Source: Blastocystis sp. Blastoise (Eukaryota; Protista; Bigyra: Opalinata). Taken from it: DNA of 64,000 nt. Position numbers and translations under genes: made by a program. Below the pieces are notes generated by a model, which was not told the DNA's origin, did no database searches, and saw nothing but the letters and a program-made list of their open reading frames with translations. Shown here piece by piece: positions 1 to 14,800 of the stretch (position 1 is its first letter; each line of letters begins with the position of its first letter). The stretch covers positions 186,001-250,000 of the forward strand of contig JBBPEB010000029.1 of the NCBI GenBank assembly GCA_039096225.1, written 5' to 3'.

Positions 1-861
1 TATATATATATATATATATATTATTTATCAATTCAATTATTATTCTATATATCTACGTGAACATCTATTATTTATATATATATTTATATATATATATTTA
101 TTTATATATTTTTAAGTGATTTTTTTATATCATTTATTTATTGACTTTTTCTCTTGTACATACATATATATATATACATATATATACATGTTTTTCTATA
201 TTTTCATTTGTGTTGTTTATATATATTTTTTATATATTATATTATTTCTAGATAGATTTCTTATATATTATATTTACAGTAATCTTAGAATCTATTATTT
301 TCATGAAATTTTTATCTGTTTACGTTATTATTCTTAATATATTTATATATACATTTTTTAATAATAAACAGGTTTCTTTTTAACAGTATGTTTTTACTGT
401 ATATATTTGTATTCACTTATATATATATATTATAATCATATGATGAATGGTTTTGTTTATAAATATTTATATATATATATATTAATTATTCATTTTTTTT
501 TAAAGAACTATATCATTCCTATTATTATTAAACTTATTAGCTATTATTATTATTATTTTCATGTTACAAATAGACTTTAATTATAGGATGATTCTAATCA
601 AATGTAAAAAAATGTTTATTTGTTGTATATATATATATATTGAATAAATCAACTAGTTCAAAATTAAAGTTTTATATATAATTATGAATTATGTGAAATA
701 AAAGAAATATTTAAAAAGAAGAAAAAAAACACCAATAATTCTATAAGGAAATATAAATAAATACTTATGAATTCTATATAATAATAATTGATATAAAGTT
801 ATATATAATTTAATATTTATAGCATTTTATATATTTATAATCAATATGTTATATATATATA

Positions 862-3423
862 TTATATTTTTTTTGGTTCTCCAAAACTAGCAAATACTTG
901 AATGGTTCCATTAGTAGATCCCGTGACAATCATAAATCCAGAATGAGGGGTTTGTGTACTATTATTGTTCGCTATGGCTTCGCGGGCTGCTTTGGCGGCA
1001 ATATTGTACTGGCCCGGACGACACATCTCAATTACCTATATATATATATATAAATATATATATATATATTATTATGAATAATAGTGTTTAGTTATATAAT
1101 TTTATTCTATTTTATAAAAATACATTAAATAATAATAAATAATAATAAACGATATATATATATAAACCTTATTAGAAGCAAATATAGCTGTAGTTAGACT
1201 TTCGTTCTCTACAGTAGCCTTAAAATATTCATAAGAATCTGATTTATCTGCATAATTCCCCATCATTGACTTCTTATATAGATCATCTGCTGTTCTCCAT
1301 ATATAACTATGGATATAATAGTATATATGTATTATATATTATGTTGTATATATTATATATTATATACTATATAAACTTAGTAAACATAGATATAAAAATA
1401 AAATGAAATAAATAAAGAATAGAATAAATATATATAATAGAAATTCATTTATATATATATATAAACGTAACCATCATCAGATGGTGAAATTATATGTTCA
1501 AAATCACTACTATATATAAATAATTATTATTATTTATTATATAATTCTATATATATATATATATACCTAAATGTAGCTTTCAATTGAGCATTTCTATTGG
1601 TTAATCCTTTGTACTTATGAAGTACGGAGAAGTTTTCCATGCCAATTAATCGAAGACGACTATCATTTGTACTTACTAATACTCGATTCCCCGCGGGACT
1701 ATTCATAAATGATAAACCACATACTTTTCGACCATTTCGATCTTTTCCGTGATGGTTACGACATTCTATTTGAGTAAAATATCGTAGACCATCGGTATAA
1801 TAAAATATTACTGTACCGTCTACAAGTCCTGCTGAACATAATCTACCTAAATATATATATATTAATAATATGAAAAAAACTAAATATATATAAATTAATA
1901 ATAATAAGAATAATACTATATATATATATTAATAATATAAATAAAACAATATATATATATATATATAAATACCTCCAGGAATAAAAGAAGCGGCAGTAAT
2001 AATGGCGGGAGTTTGGATCCATCGTACAACTTTTCCCTCCACAATATTCCAAATACGTAACTTACTGTCCATACATCCTGTTAAGAAGTAACTGTCTTCA
2101 TTGGGATGAAAATCAACACTTGTTACCATATCACTATATATATATATATATATATTATATATAATATATATAATAAATATTAAATAATAATATATTCTAT
2201 ATATAATAAACAATAATAAATAATATATTATATATAATAAATATTAAATAATAATGTATTCTATATATACTAAACAATAATAAATAATGTATTCTATATA
2301 TAAGACAAGAATAATAAATAATTCAATATATATACTATACTAATATTTCTAGTATAATTATAATATAGTATAACTATATACCTGTGTTGAAATATACATA
2401 GACATTCTGGTTTTGATATATGCCACAATCGTACGGTCATATCGAGTGACGCAGAGAGAAGAAATAGTGAAGAGGACCAAGATAAATCAACCACATGTGA
2501 CTATATACATATATATATATAATCATATGAATGAATTCTTAATTAGTGAATAATAAGAATAATGGTATTCTATTATTTGTTATATAATACTTTTAAATAG
2601 AATATAATAGAATATATAAATAATTATCATAAAAATTAAAACAATCATAATAATTAAAAAAAATCATAATAAGTATAATCATAATAATAATCATAATAAT
2701 AATAATCATAATCATCATCATAATCATAATAATCATAATAATCATAATAATCATAATAATCATAATAATCATAATCATCATAATAATCATAATCATCATC
2801 ATAATCATAATAATAATAATATACCTTATGTCCCGTGAATATCTTATAGGGTTCGTCATCAAATACTCGTTGATCCGGATATAACTCCCATTGACTCGCG
2901 TCACATTTATGTACTTTCCATATATATATTATACCCTCATCACCTATATATATATATATACATATAAATATTATTATTATAATAAAAACAAGATAATATA
3001 ATAAACATATATATATAAACGTACCTGCTGCAGCTAAATATTGATGGTCAGGACTAAATTTCATACACCAAATAGAACCAGTATGCATTTTAAGTGTTTG
3101 ACAGACATGGAGATTGGATAATTCTTGCCAACATTTCTTAACGCAAGTGGACTTTATTATATTCACTGGATAACTTACAATTCTCTAAAAAACATATAAA
3201 ATAAGCAATAATTCTTAAAATAAATATATAGAATTTATTATTTAAATATGATAGTATTTATCAACAAATAAAGTAACATACAGGAGTATAATTTCCTTGT
3301 GAAACACTATAAAAAGTATATAGATACAAAGCTCATACATATTGAAGCATGCATTATATTATAGATAAACGAAATATCATACTATCGACTGTCTTTCACA
3401 GTTTGATCACCATCGGATGACAT
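862..3423 (-). CDS. WDR44: Multi-exon WD40-repeat protein, WDR44-like
   Basis: Exons encode HTGSIWCMKFSPD..YLAAAG, GH..VDLSWS..FLLSASLDMTVRLWH, VTSVDFHPNEDSYFLTGCMDSKLRIWNI and LVSTNDSRLRL, the WDR44-family pattern. ATG at 3423 (MSSDGDQ), TAA at 864-862 (..FGEPKKI*), GT-AG introns. Confidence 0.8.
2645..2822. repeat. Intronic (ATC/ATA)n microsatellite
   Basis: Tandem ATCATAATA variants inside an intron of the WD40 gene. Confidence 0.9.
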
Positions 3424-5046
3424 AGTTTTTTTTATATTTTTACTGAACGACTTATTTGATAATTTATATTCTTCGAATTCAACTTCTTGAGGATATTTTA
3501 TAATAAAAAGAACTTGAAATGATGATAGTATCCAAGAACAATAAAAAATATATTATGAAAATAATTCCTATGGAAAATTCTATTGTTTTCAGTGTATCTA
3601 TTCGTTTTTCCCAGATAGATAAATCTTTTTTTGTTTTTATTTTAAATTAATACAAATATGTTATTTATTTTAACAACTAAACAATTGTATCATCTTAGGC
3701 ATAAGATATAGATTCAGTCTAAATCAATTATGTATCATTATAAGGAAACATCATTTGTGTTTTCATTTATTTCATTCTATCTAAGCGCTTATTCATCTTC
3801 TTATTTCGTAATTCATATTCGATAGGTTAATTTAAATAAGAAATCATTCATTTAATAATCAAAATGCTTATTCTAATCCATTATTTTCAAATTATTCTTC
3901 GTTATTGATGTATTCAATAATATCAGAATAATATATAATGTGTTCTGAAATATTTTACATCAAGAAAATTAAAAAAAGTCTATTTTTTTAATCATTATTC
4001 ATTTCATTTATAGCATTGATATATACATAATAAACTTTTTTTATTTCAACTTTTATTTATATTAGATTTTATAAACAACAAACAATTTTTTCTTATTTTA
4101 TAAAAATCAAATCGTCAATTACTGTTGTCTATAATAATTTACAACACAGTTTCTTTTTTCTTTTCATAATATGCTTTTTCTTTTAAATTATTATATTTTG
4201 ATTCTAGTTACATATTCTTTTTATCCTTACATTCTTTATTTGTTTTCTTCTATATATAGAACTCAAAATTGACTTGATTTACGCATAGAATTATTTTTAT
4301 TTTGAATATATAATTTTTTTATCAATTAAATATTTTTAAAATAAAAAGAGTATACAATTTATAGTCATTTATCTATCAATAAATGCTGAAACTACAAATA
4401 GAAAAACAATAATTAGTATGCATTATTAATAAAACAAATACAACTATCATTCTTAGCCCATAAACAATATTTTTTCAATATTAAATCTATCGATAAGCAA
4501 GTATGATGATATATATTAAAACTGACCTCAAAAAATGGTTAAAAAAAACTGTTCATTGGGCTGCTCTAATAATTCATGATTCCTTAATTACGCCGACATT
4601 TGTATTTGAAACACGACTTTATCATACATTGGTTGAATTAAAAATTCAAGTTTATTTACACAAGACATTCTTTACTGTTGATCATAAGATAACAAAATCA
4701 TTCATATTTAAGTCTCTAATAGGCATAGAAAATGATAATAAAGATTTTAGTATATATATGGGAACAACTGACGAACTTCAAAAAAGGGATCTGACAAGGA
4801 CAAAAAAGCAAATGATTTTTCTGAAAGAAAAGATAACCGTGGGAATACGGCGAAGCTATTAAAGAAATGCAGAATAATCATAAAATAAAAAAACACGACA
4901 GATATAGAACAGAGTCAAAGGCGTTTCTGAGATGGAAAAAAACCAAGTATTCATTTGTATTAAGAATTCAATTGTTAGTTACTGCGGTACATAAATTGTA
5001 AGATAATTTAAATATTATAATTTAGTAAAATATCTATAGATTAAGA

Positions 5047-6720
5047 ATGAATGAAGATATCAAACCTAGGCAAGATTCAATGACAGGTTCTGTTGCCGAT
5101 CAATTCAAGGAGATATATTCATCATTTCGTGATGAGTACGATTCCTTGTTTATGCAAAAAGAAACATTACTTCGTCAACCTTCTGGTACAAAAAATGAAT
5201 CCATGTTTATTCATAAATTGAATAAATTATTTGAGCGTTATCGTAATGAATTTGATTATTTTGAAAGAAAATCAGTATATCGATTTGGATCTTTCCATTC
5301 AGCTGGAATTGACGATCGTTTTTCTCGTTCAAATGATAGTTCTCCAGAAGCTAAAGATATGAATATGGCACCTACACCGATGAGTTGCGCTGTTAGTAAA
5401 TCTACTGATTTTCCTTTTGAATTATATGGATATGATCAACAAGATGCAAATACAAAAACCTTTTATACTCAGCCTATAGTCCTTATTAAAGTAGGTCAAT
5501 ACAATATAGCTGTTCCTAAGAAATGTTTTAATAAATATCCTGATTCTTATTTATGTGAAATTATTATGAAACATTATAATTATCAAGATGGTGTTTATCA
5601 TTTAATAGATGATCCTCATCCTATATATTTTAAAGAAATAATACATTACTTATTAACGAATGAAATGCTATCTGTATCGTATACTGAAGAAGAAAAGGAA
5701 TTTCTTATTGAAGAATTTTCACATTATGAAATTCCCTTGTCAGATTTCTTAATAAAATATTTATGGAAAAAAAGAAGACATATGTTATATAAGCATTATC
5801 ATGCTGGAATCCCTTTATATTTTCGTGTTCATGATACAGTCTATAGTTTAACAGAAGAACAAGCTATGAAATATGATAATGAATATTTTGTTGATTATTT
5901 ATTAAGAAATAAAAATCAAGAAGTTGATGAATATAATCATATTTTATTAGATCCTGAATGTAATTATTATATATATATATTTGAATATTTACAAACAGGA
6001 AATATTACTTTAGAACAAACAGATAATGAAAAAATTAGTCAAATTCAAGAAGAATTCTTTAAATTTCATATATCTGTTCCTTTAGATTTATGGAAAAGTA
6101 TATATACACGAATAAAGGAACATACTCCTTCTTCTTTATTTCCTGATAGTGCTTTATTATCTGATGTTTCTTCTTCTTCTATACATTTATTATCTTTATG
6201 GTTAGGGGCTTCTAAACAATGGAAAAATATATATAGAGTAAGTAGTGATGGTATACATATGTCAAATGTACATCAATTAATAGATGGTATGAAAGATATA
6301 TTATATATAATAAGAGGGAATCATGGATATATATTTGGTGCTTATACACATATTGGATTTAAATGTAGTTCATTTAATGAATTTGTTGAAGATCCTTATG
6401 CGTTTTTATTTACTTTAAAAAATCCATCAAATCATCCAAAACGATTTATTTGTCAAAAACCAGAAATTGCCTTATTACATCATAATAATCCTGATTATTT
6501 CGGTATTTTTGGTTCTTCTGAATTTGTAATCAAACGATTTAATGATGATTTAGTTGTAGGAAATATTAATATCGATGGAAATAAATGTTATATAGATGAT
6601 ACTAAATTATTAAAGAATGATATAAATGATTATTATACATATATACTTGGTGATTCTGAAGAAATGCTCGATTTTAATTTTATTGTTGATGATATGGAAA
6701 TATTTACGGTCACCGAATAA
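5047..6720 (+). CDS. BTB/POZ-like (x2) + TLDc domain protein, 557 aa, intronless
   Basis: BTB-like segments (IKVGQ..KYPDSYL..HPIYFKEIIHYL; ..YYIYIFEYLQTG). C-terminal TLDc motifs WKNIYRVSSDG, GYIFGAYT, AFLFTLKN, FIVDDMEIF. Confidence 0.85.
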   Translation: MNEDIKPRQDSMTGSVADQFKEIYSSFRDEYDSLFMQKETLLRQPSGTKNESMFIHKLNKLFERYRNEFDYFERKSVYRFGSFHSAGIDDRFSRSNDSSPEAKDMNMAPTPMSCAVSKSTDFPFELYGYDQQDANTKTFYTQPIVLIKVGQYNIAVPKKCFNKYPDSYLCEIIMKHYNYQDGVYHLIDDPHPIYFKEIIHYLLTNEMLSVSYTEEEKEFLIEEFSHYEIPLSDFLIKYLWKKRRHMLYKHYHAGIPLYFRVHDTVYSLTEEQAMKYDNEYFVDYLLRNKNQEVDEYNHILLDPECNYYIYIFEYLQTGNITLEQTDNEKISQIQEEFFKFHISVPLDLWKSIYTRIKEHTPSSLFPDSALLSDVSSSSIHLLSLWLGASKQWKNIYRVSSDGIHMSNVHQLIDGMKDILYIIRGNHGYIFGAYTHIGFKCSSFNEFVEDPYAFLFTLKNPSNHPKRFICQKPEIALLHHNNPDYFGIFGSSEFVIKRFNDDLVVGNINIDGNKCYIDDTKLLKNDINDYYTYILGDSEEMLDFNFIVDDMEIFTVTE

Positions 6721-7337
6721 TATATTCTATACAACCATTATTTATAAAGTTATATTTATATACATTTTTGTTCTAATTTTTCTATTTTCTTTTTTATTGT
6801 TATAACTTCAATACATTTATTCTTTTTTTTTCTTTCTCTATTTATATATAGAACAATCACTTTCATTATTCTCTATATCAGTATTTATTTTCATATCGTT
6901 CTCTATATATTTATCATTTTGTTTTATAAATAGATTTTTTTTTTTATATTTTTTATTTACTTTATTTTTATGATTTCTATTCTTTCCCCTACTTTTTAGT
7001 TTTCCTTTTTTTCTTTTATATATTGTTTACACTATTACGTATCATTCGTTTTTCTATTCTTTTAAACTTTGTTTATTTTTTCTATATCTATAAATATAAA
7101 TTTTCAATTTTTATAAACATATATTTGCTATTTGTCTAATTCTGTTTTTATATAGACATTTTTTTTCTTCTTCTGTAACATTAGGTTTTACATTGTTTTT
7201 ATTATCATCATATTCATCATATATATATTTGTTTCTATATTCATTATATATATATACATTCATTATTTTTTTTATTATATTATTTGCATTTTACTATTCA
7301 ATATTATATTTTACATAAAAATATTTTATATATTTTT

Positions 7338-7376
<39 letters not shown>

Positions 7377-9313
7377 TAAGCTTCTTTTTGATGATGTCAT
7401 AATACGTTTTTGAGCACAATAATTCTTTATATATAATGTTTTCATTATGTAAATAATTCTTAATTTATTTATGATTTTTTTTTATCTTGGTAAAGCTAAT
7501 TACTCTTTATAAATAAGAATATTGTATTTTCTTATTTGAAAGAATGAGAATAATATATATATATTTTTAATTATATGTTCGTTATGCTCTATTTATCTAA
7601 TTGATATATATATTCATATCTTTCTTTTGTTTTCTATATATAAAATAAACTCTATTTTCTTTTGAATTATTTTTTTCATTATATGTATTTCTATTCGTTA
7701 CAGTTTTTTTCTATAATCTATTTCTATTTGTTTCTTGTCATATTATATATTTTAAAATTATTTATTTGCTTTTTATTTGTTTTTTTGTTGTATTCTTTTT
7801 GTTTTTCTTTTTTATACTTATTCAACATATTTATTCTTTCTCTATTACATAATTCATGCTTTTTTTTCTCTTCTGAAGCAGATTATTATTATTCTTATTT
7901 TTGTTTGAAATAAATAAAACATTGTATACACTCTAGAGATAACCAACAACATTTCTATTCATTTTAAATGAATAATCACTACTGTCGTTTTGCTTTTTTT
8001 CTTGATATTTCCCCGTGAGAGAGAGAGTAAAATGACTCAAGTTTTTTTATCAAAAATGGTTAGGCCTAAACTCGTAAACAGTTTTCCCGCCAGACAACCT
8101 GAGGACTCTGAATTTCTCGGTTCAAAAATGAAACTTGAACAAAGAGCATTTATATTTGACCATGGTTTACCATCAATATGTGATTTTATTTTAATAAGAG
8201 ATTATGTGTGTGTTTAGGGCATAGTATTTGACATGAAAGTCATATTCAAAACTCTAAATAACTAATTTTGAGAAAGATCGTAATTATGTCGTGATATAAT
8301 AAGAGATGAGTCTTTTAATTCACATATCTAATATTAAAGCTCTATACGCATGTCTACGTCAAATAACAACTGATTTCCTCACTAGTCGCGATTCACTGAT
8401 AATGGAGTAAAGGCAGTTTTTTCTAGAGATAGTTTTACTGTATTATTAATGGTTAAAAAGAATGTATTCTTAAATATAAACATTAAAGAAATAAGTAAAA
8501 ATGATATTTTAAAAAATGACAAGAAAAAGTTACACGCAATATTCGTGTATTTGACCCAAAATATACTGTTTTCTTTTGCCTGTCAATAGCATAAACAGGG
8601 CATTCACGGTATTTACATAAAATTTTTCTGAGAAATTCTCGTTTTTTTTCGAGAAACAAAAAATGCTGAAAAAATTAAATGTTGTCTGATTAACTTGAGA
8701 AAAGTTCTTAAAGTACAATTTTCTTCAAGTTAAATGTTTTTTCATTTTATACTTAGATATTGATCATATTGTCGATTATTATACATGAATACATGGTTTG
8801 TGAGAAAGAAATAATGTTTATGAATCCAGGTTATCACTTTCTAAAACTTGATTTTAAAAGTGGCTTTTAAAACATATATAGAATTATAAATATGCTTATG
8901 AAATGGTATATACTAACTCATGAACTATAAATAGCATTATTTTTTAGACACATTATGATTTTACATTTTGAATTCTGTTGTTTTATGGTACAATTCTTGT
9001 TATTTGAATAGTATTATATGATAATAATCATTAGTAGTAAGAAATAAAACAAAAGTACTTTATTATTTTTTTAATTTAGCTGAAATTCTTAGTTGTACTT
9101 GAATTTACTTCATGCTTTTTTAGATCTATTATGATCATTATGACTATTATACAATTTAATAAAGAAATAAAGAAATTGATACAATAATATTGACACAAAA
9201 TTAGAATTATAAATAAAACAAAATAGAAATAAAAAAGAGTTAATATGATATATAAATTTATATATAATAGATTTTAATCAGAAATGAATCAGATAGATAT
9301 CATAACAAATCGA

Positions 9314-11761
9314 TTAAATAAAAAGGTTAAACATAAATAATTTTTCTTCATTACTAAAAATATCTTCATTATTTTTATACTTAATGATTTTTGTTTTTGT
9401 ATCATTCAATATAATTTCTGATACATATAAGTAATCAGGGATTGTATCAATGCTCTTAACTGTTGATTTACAGAATTCATTTAAAAAGCTATTAAATTCA
9501 TCATCATCAGAAATTGTTAATACATCCTCTGTGCCTTTAATTATAGATACGTATGTATTCATTTTATTTTTATTTGTTGATAAATAAGTAAGGAAATTAT
9601 TCTATAATCATAAATAAAAACAAAAAAATAATTATAAACAAAAATAAACTATTATATATATTATACTATTATATAATTCTTTTGTGGTTGACCATCTAAT
9701 ATTGGCAAATCCCTTAGACCAAGTTGATCATTACAGAAACGATTGATTTTTTGAAAAAGCGATATAGGTAATGTTGGATCCCCTAAAGTGTAATATATAT
9801 ATATATATATATATATATTATTATTATTATTATATATTATTATTATTATTATATATTATTATCATTAGTATTATTATTAGTATTATTATTAGTATTATTA
9901 TAGAAATTAACAGAAAGTGGAAAATAGAAACACTCATAAATATGATAAAGCATGAAAATACAACACAAACATAAATGCATTAATTTAAAAAAAATATATA
10001 TATAATAATAATAAAAAATTGTACAAATATAAAACACGTAAAATATAAAAGAATATAATTTACACATAAAAGTAGTAGAGGCATTGTTAGAAATACCCAA
10101 AAAATACCATAATTATTTTAACCTACCCAAAAAAAAAACGAATTGTTAGAAATACCCAAAAATATTCAAAATTTTTGTTAAAATACCCAAAAATTTTACA
10201 AAATTGTTAGAAATACCCAAAACTTTTTCAAGACTCTAAACGATTGGTACTTTGAAAACACAAATTTCTTAATAACCAATTAAAATTCTTTTTCTTTATT
10301 TTGTTAGAATTAGAAAAAAAACTCCAGAATATTTTTATATTTGATTTATTATATTTCACAAGTGAAGCTTATACTATGTAAGACATTAAAAAAATTTAAT
10401 AAATTCTCATAATAATGAAGAAAAATAACTATCTAAGTTAAAACCAGCATTTCATTTTACATATTTTATATAATTGCTAGAATTTTTAAACTAAATATAA
10501 TATAAATATTTCAGATACTTTTATCAATTGACTGGAGTCATTTATAATGTAATAATATATAGTACTGCTCTCAAATAAAGCATTTAGAAAACAACAATGC
10601 TAATTTTCCTGATTTTTTGGTGATTTTCCTCTATAAAAATAATATTTGCAGTTATAAATCACCAAAAAATACATTTATTTATTTTTCACTATATCTACAC
10701 GACTAAAAAGTTAATTACTACAAATTGTCGGCAACTATGTCTGTATATAGACGAAAAACACATTTTCATTATTATTTTTTAATAATTAGACAATTGATTC
10801 AAGTCAGCCACAAGAAGATGTGGAAAATCGTTTTTGTATGAATAAGGTTGATTACAGTGACTTCAAAAATAGTGAAGAAATTAAGAAATTTGAAAATGAA
10901 GAAACATATGGAGTACAAATTATGTACGAAAATAAGTCTAAACTCAAAAGTGATGTCTCAATTCAAATGCAAAAGCTAGGATATCCAATTAAGGTTCAAA
11001 AATCAGAAAAAGGAAGAATTATTTACAAATGTTGTGTTTCCGATTGCCCGTTTATGCTTCATTTCCAAGGTGACGACGTTTCTGGATGGATAATGAAAAG
11101 ATACTGTCATCATGACTCAACTGTATGTTATTTAATTAATTATTATAGTTTATACTTATTATTAATATAGAAATGCAATCGTTTTAATATGATTTACATT
11201 AAGCTTAACAAACAAAATAAAATAGATTATCAAATTATTAAGACAAGTAACTAAATATAAATATAATATATAATGTATATAATATTCTATTATATACAGT
11301 GATAAAAAATCGAATTAAAAATCATCAATTTAATATAAGGTATATATATATATCAATATATAAATTGTGAGAGAGAAATCTATACATTGAATAAAGAAGG
11401 AAAAAGAGGAAAATAAATATATAGAGAGAAAAAAATGAAATACAGTAGTATATGTATGTGAAAAGTGTTATATATTAATTCAATGTATGAGAGTAATAGA
11501 AGAAATATCCACCTATATATATAGAGAAAGGAAGATTATATAATATATACAGAGAGAAAGAAAGAAAGAAAAATTCTATTATATATATAGTAAGAATGAA
11601 AGAAAGAAACATTTATGAATATATAAAGAGAGAACGACAGATATATATATATAGAGAGAGAGAGAGAAAGAGAGAGAAAAAAATATATAATATATATATA
11701 TATATAGAGAGAGTAAGAGATGGAAGAGATAGAGAGAGATACATAGAAAGAAAAAAAGAAA

Positions 11762-11819
<58 letters not shown>

Positions 11820-14800
11820 TAAGTCTTAATCCAATGATTCTATCAAAAGATGCTAGTAATAGTAATGATCAAAATCATGAAGATGAAGCTGAGATACATG
11901 AAACTATCAATTTTACACACAATTCTCGGAGCTCAGATGCTAATTCTAATCCTACAAATACCCAAACTCTTCCTATCTTAGAAGATCCATTCATATCTAG
12001 TAAAAATTCTGAAATGGTCATAGAAGATATAAATAAATCAAAGGATAATAATCATGAAGATGAAGAAAGTAGAACAATTGATATAGAATTGAATATTGAA
12101 GATACATCAATAGATAATGTGTTTTCTTATGAAGAACAAAATGAAGGAATTACAGAAGATAGATTTAATAATATATTTAAAGATATTTCTGATAAATGTA
12201 TATTTATTCAATATAAGTCACATAAATACAATCAAGATATAAGCTCAAATGATGTTGTGAGTTATTTAAAGGAAAATAATCTAGCCAAGTATTTCAAATC
12301 AATATCTCAGTTAAAACAATTCCTGGAGAAGAAGAATATCAGTGTTTCATATGAAATAGCAAGAAACGCCTTAAGAGAATTAGGTATTAAGTCAACTAAT
12401 GACTATAGTAAAATACCATGTATTATAAAAAGTATAATAAGCAAAGAAAATTATGCTATATATGGTTGCCTCCCTCCAGGATATACATATAAGAATATTA
12501 ATGCTTATCCTTCTTCTTCTTATATTCAATCTAATATAGATGAGAATATAGTAGATAATCATTTAGAACAAGATGAAACTTTCAGAGTAAACTTGGAAGA
12601 TAGTGTTCTGAATTATTCTGAAAATGATTCAGTTTGTAGTGGAAATAATTCCAATATGAATATACATGAAGAAATAAACATGGATAGAGAATTAAACAAA
12701 GCAGTAGGGAATAATAAAGTAATAAGTCATGAGTTTCTATATTCTTTTGTATCTATTAAATCAAATATAGCATTATATAAGAAGGGAAATAAAGCAGTAA
12801 TCTTTATGGATGGAACTCATATGTATATGAATGATCATATCATATTAACTGCTATATCCATTACTATTAATAGACAAATACTTCTTCTTGCTTATGGTAT
12901 ATATGCTGTAGAGTGTTTAGCTACCTGGAGTGATTTCCAAACTAATCTGAAAAAAGCACTTGAACTCATGTCATGTAAAACTACAAACATAACATTTTTC
13001 TCAGATATGGACAAAGGTCTCAAAGGAAGCCTAGGAGTAGTCTTTCCTGAATGCACATATATATCATGTGCATTTCATATTCTAAAGAAGATGACAAATG
13101 TGAATTCAAGAATAATAGGACTAATATCACAACTCATTCTAATTGATGATGAAGAAGAATTCTATAAGCTTATTAATGATTCTTCAATAACAGAGAACCA
13201 GAAGAAGCAAATACTCTCACAAAGGGGAAAGAATATGTATAATATAGATCTACCACCTCATGTATCCAGATATGGATACATTGCCTCAAGTTTGGCCGAG
13301 TCATTTAATAATCTTATTAGTGACATAAGAGGAATGTCTATACAGAAGGTATTGTTTGAAATCTATAATCATGCAATTAATTATCAACTGAAAATAAAAG
13401 AGGCACCTCATATATCATTCTTTCTTCCTTACTTTCAAAAAGAGTTTGATATGGCTGATATATTTGTTTCTAATGTGATATCATATAAGAGTATAAATAA
13501 GGGTTTATATAGACTAGTAATGGAAGAAGAAAACCGTGAATACATAATTAATTTTGAACAGAATACATGTTCTTGTTCAATTTTTCAATACCAAGGTTAT
13601 CCTTGTATACATGCTATTCTTCTATATAAAAAGTATAATAGCAGTGTTTCGTATAATCAACAAGGAATTGACGATTTCAATACTATTGCCAAATACTTCA
13701 TTCCATATAAGAACCATATGAATACTTATTATAATTATTATGTAGATAGGTAATGATATATATAATACATATTATATAAATATTTTTTTTTGTTATATAT
13801 AGAAGAATAGATGATTCATGCTTGAAAGAAGAAAGTCACATAAATATTACAGGACCAAATAATCCAATTCGTAAATCAGGTCGACCATCTAAGTTTAACT
13901 ATTCTCATATAACATCTTATTATCTGAAAAATAAGTATTGGAAAATAAAGAACAGTATTCCAGCTTTGGAGTGTTTGAATGAGTGTGCAGTTGAAGCTGA
14001 AAAAGAGAAATATGAAGAAACTGATATTGCCTCAATTCCTACACTTGAAGATGTAGAATCATCAGAATATAGTTCGAAGAGAAGAAAGTAGTATTTTTTA
14101 AATGATAAGTCTATGTATATACTTATTATAATCTATAATACATATTAATTTTTTTACATTCCTAATAATATAAAATATTTTTAATTAATCATATTTAATA
14201 TAAATGTCTTCTTATTTATAAGATCATTGTTTTGTTATTGATTCAAATATAATATCATATATGTCGTTGATATTGCAGATATTCATATTAAAGAGACTAA
14301 GACTAATAAAAAAGAATACTCATCAACGGATATAAATCCAAAATGAAACCAGCTAGAGTAATATGTATTACAAATTATTGCATATGCAAATAAATGAAAG
14401 AGGACAAGAATAAGAAGGAGAAGGAGAAGGACAAGGACAAGGACAAGGAGCAGAAGAAGAAGGATAGGATAAAGATAAGAAGAAGGATAAGGATAAGGAT
14501 AAGAAGAAGAAGTAGAAGGAGAAGGATAAAAAGGACAAAGATAAGGATAAGGATAGGAGAAAGAAATGACAAGAAGAACGATAAAAAAAGAGAATGGCAG
14601 AAATAAAAGAAAAAGAAGGAGAAGGAGAAGGAGAACAAGAAGGAAAATAAGAATAAACCAAGAATAAACATAATAAGGAAAACATCAATAGAAGGTAAGG
14701 ATAAGTAGAATGAGAATGATTAGAAGTAGAAGCATAAGAATAATAATACGAAGAAGACGGAGAAAGAGAAGCATATGTGGGAGTAGAAGAAAAAGCATGT

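Noticed and set aside
4503-4862. 119-aa ORF
   Set aside because: No recognisable motif; lies in the divergent promoter region between two genes.
6700-6800. Blastocystis-type stop codons created by polyadenylation (downstream TGTTTGTT)
   Set aside because: Genes with readable 3' ends have encoded stop codons, and the motif is not positioned just downstream of them.
7990-8217. 75-aa ORF
   Set aside because: Falls in the CACTA left subterminal sequence, has a non-ATG start and no motif.
10085-10222. CRISPR-like repeat-spacer array
   Set aside because: 15-bp motif with ~15-bp spacers, mirrored at 33140-33226 and flanked by a TSD, so these are transposon ends. Eukaryotic context, no cas genes.
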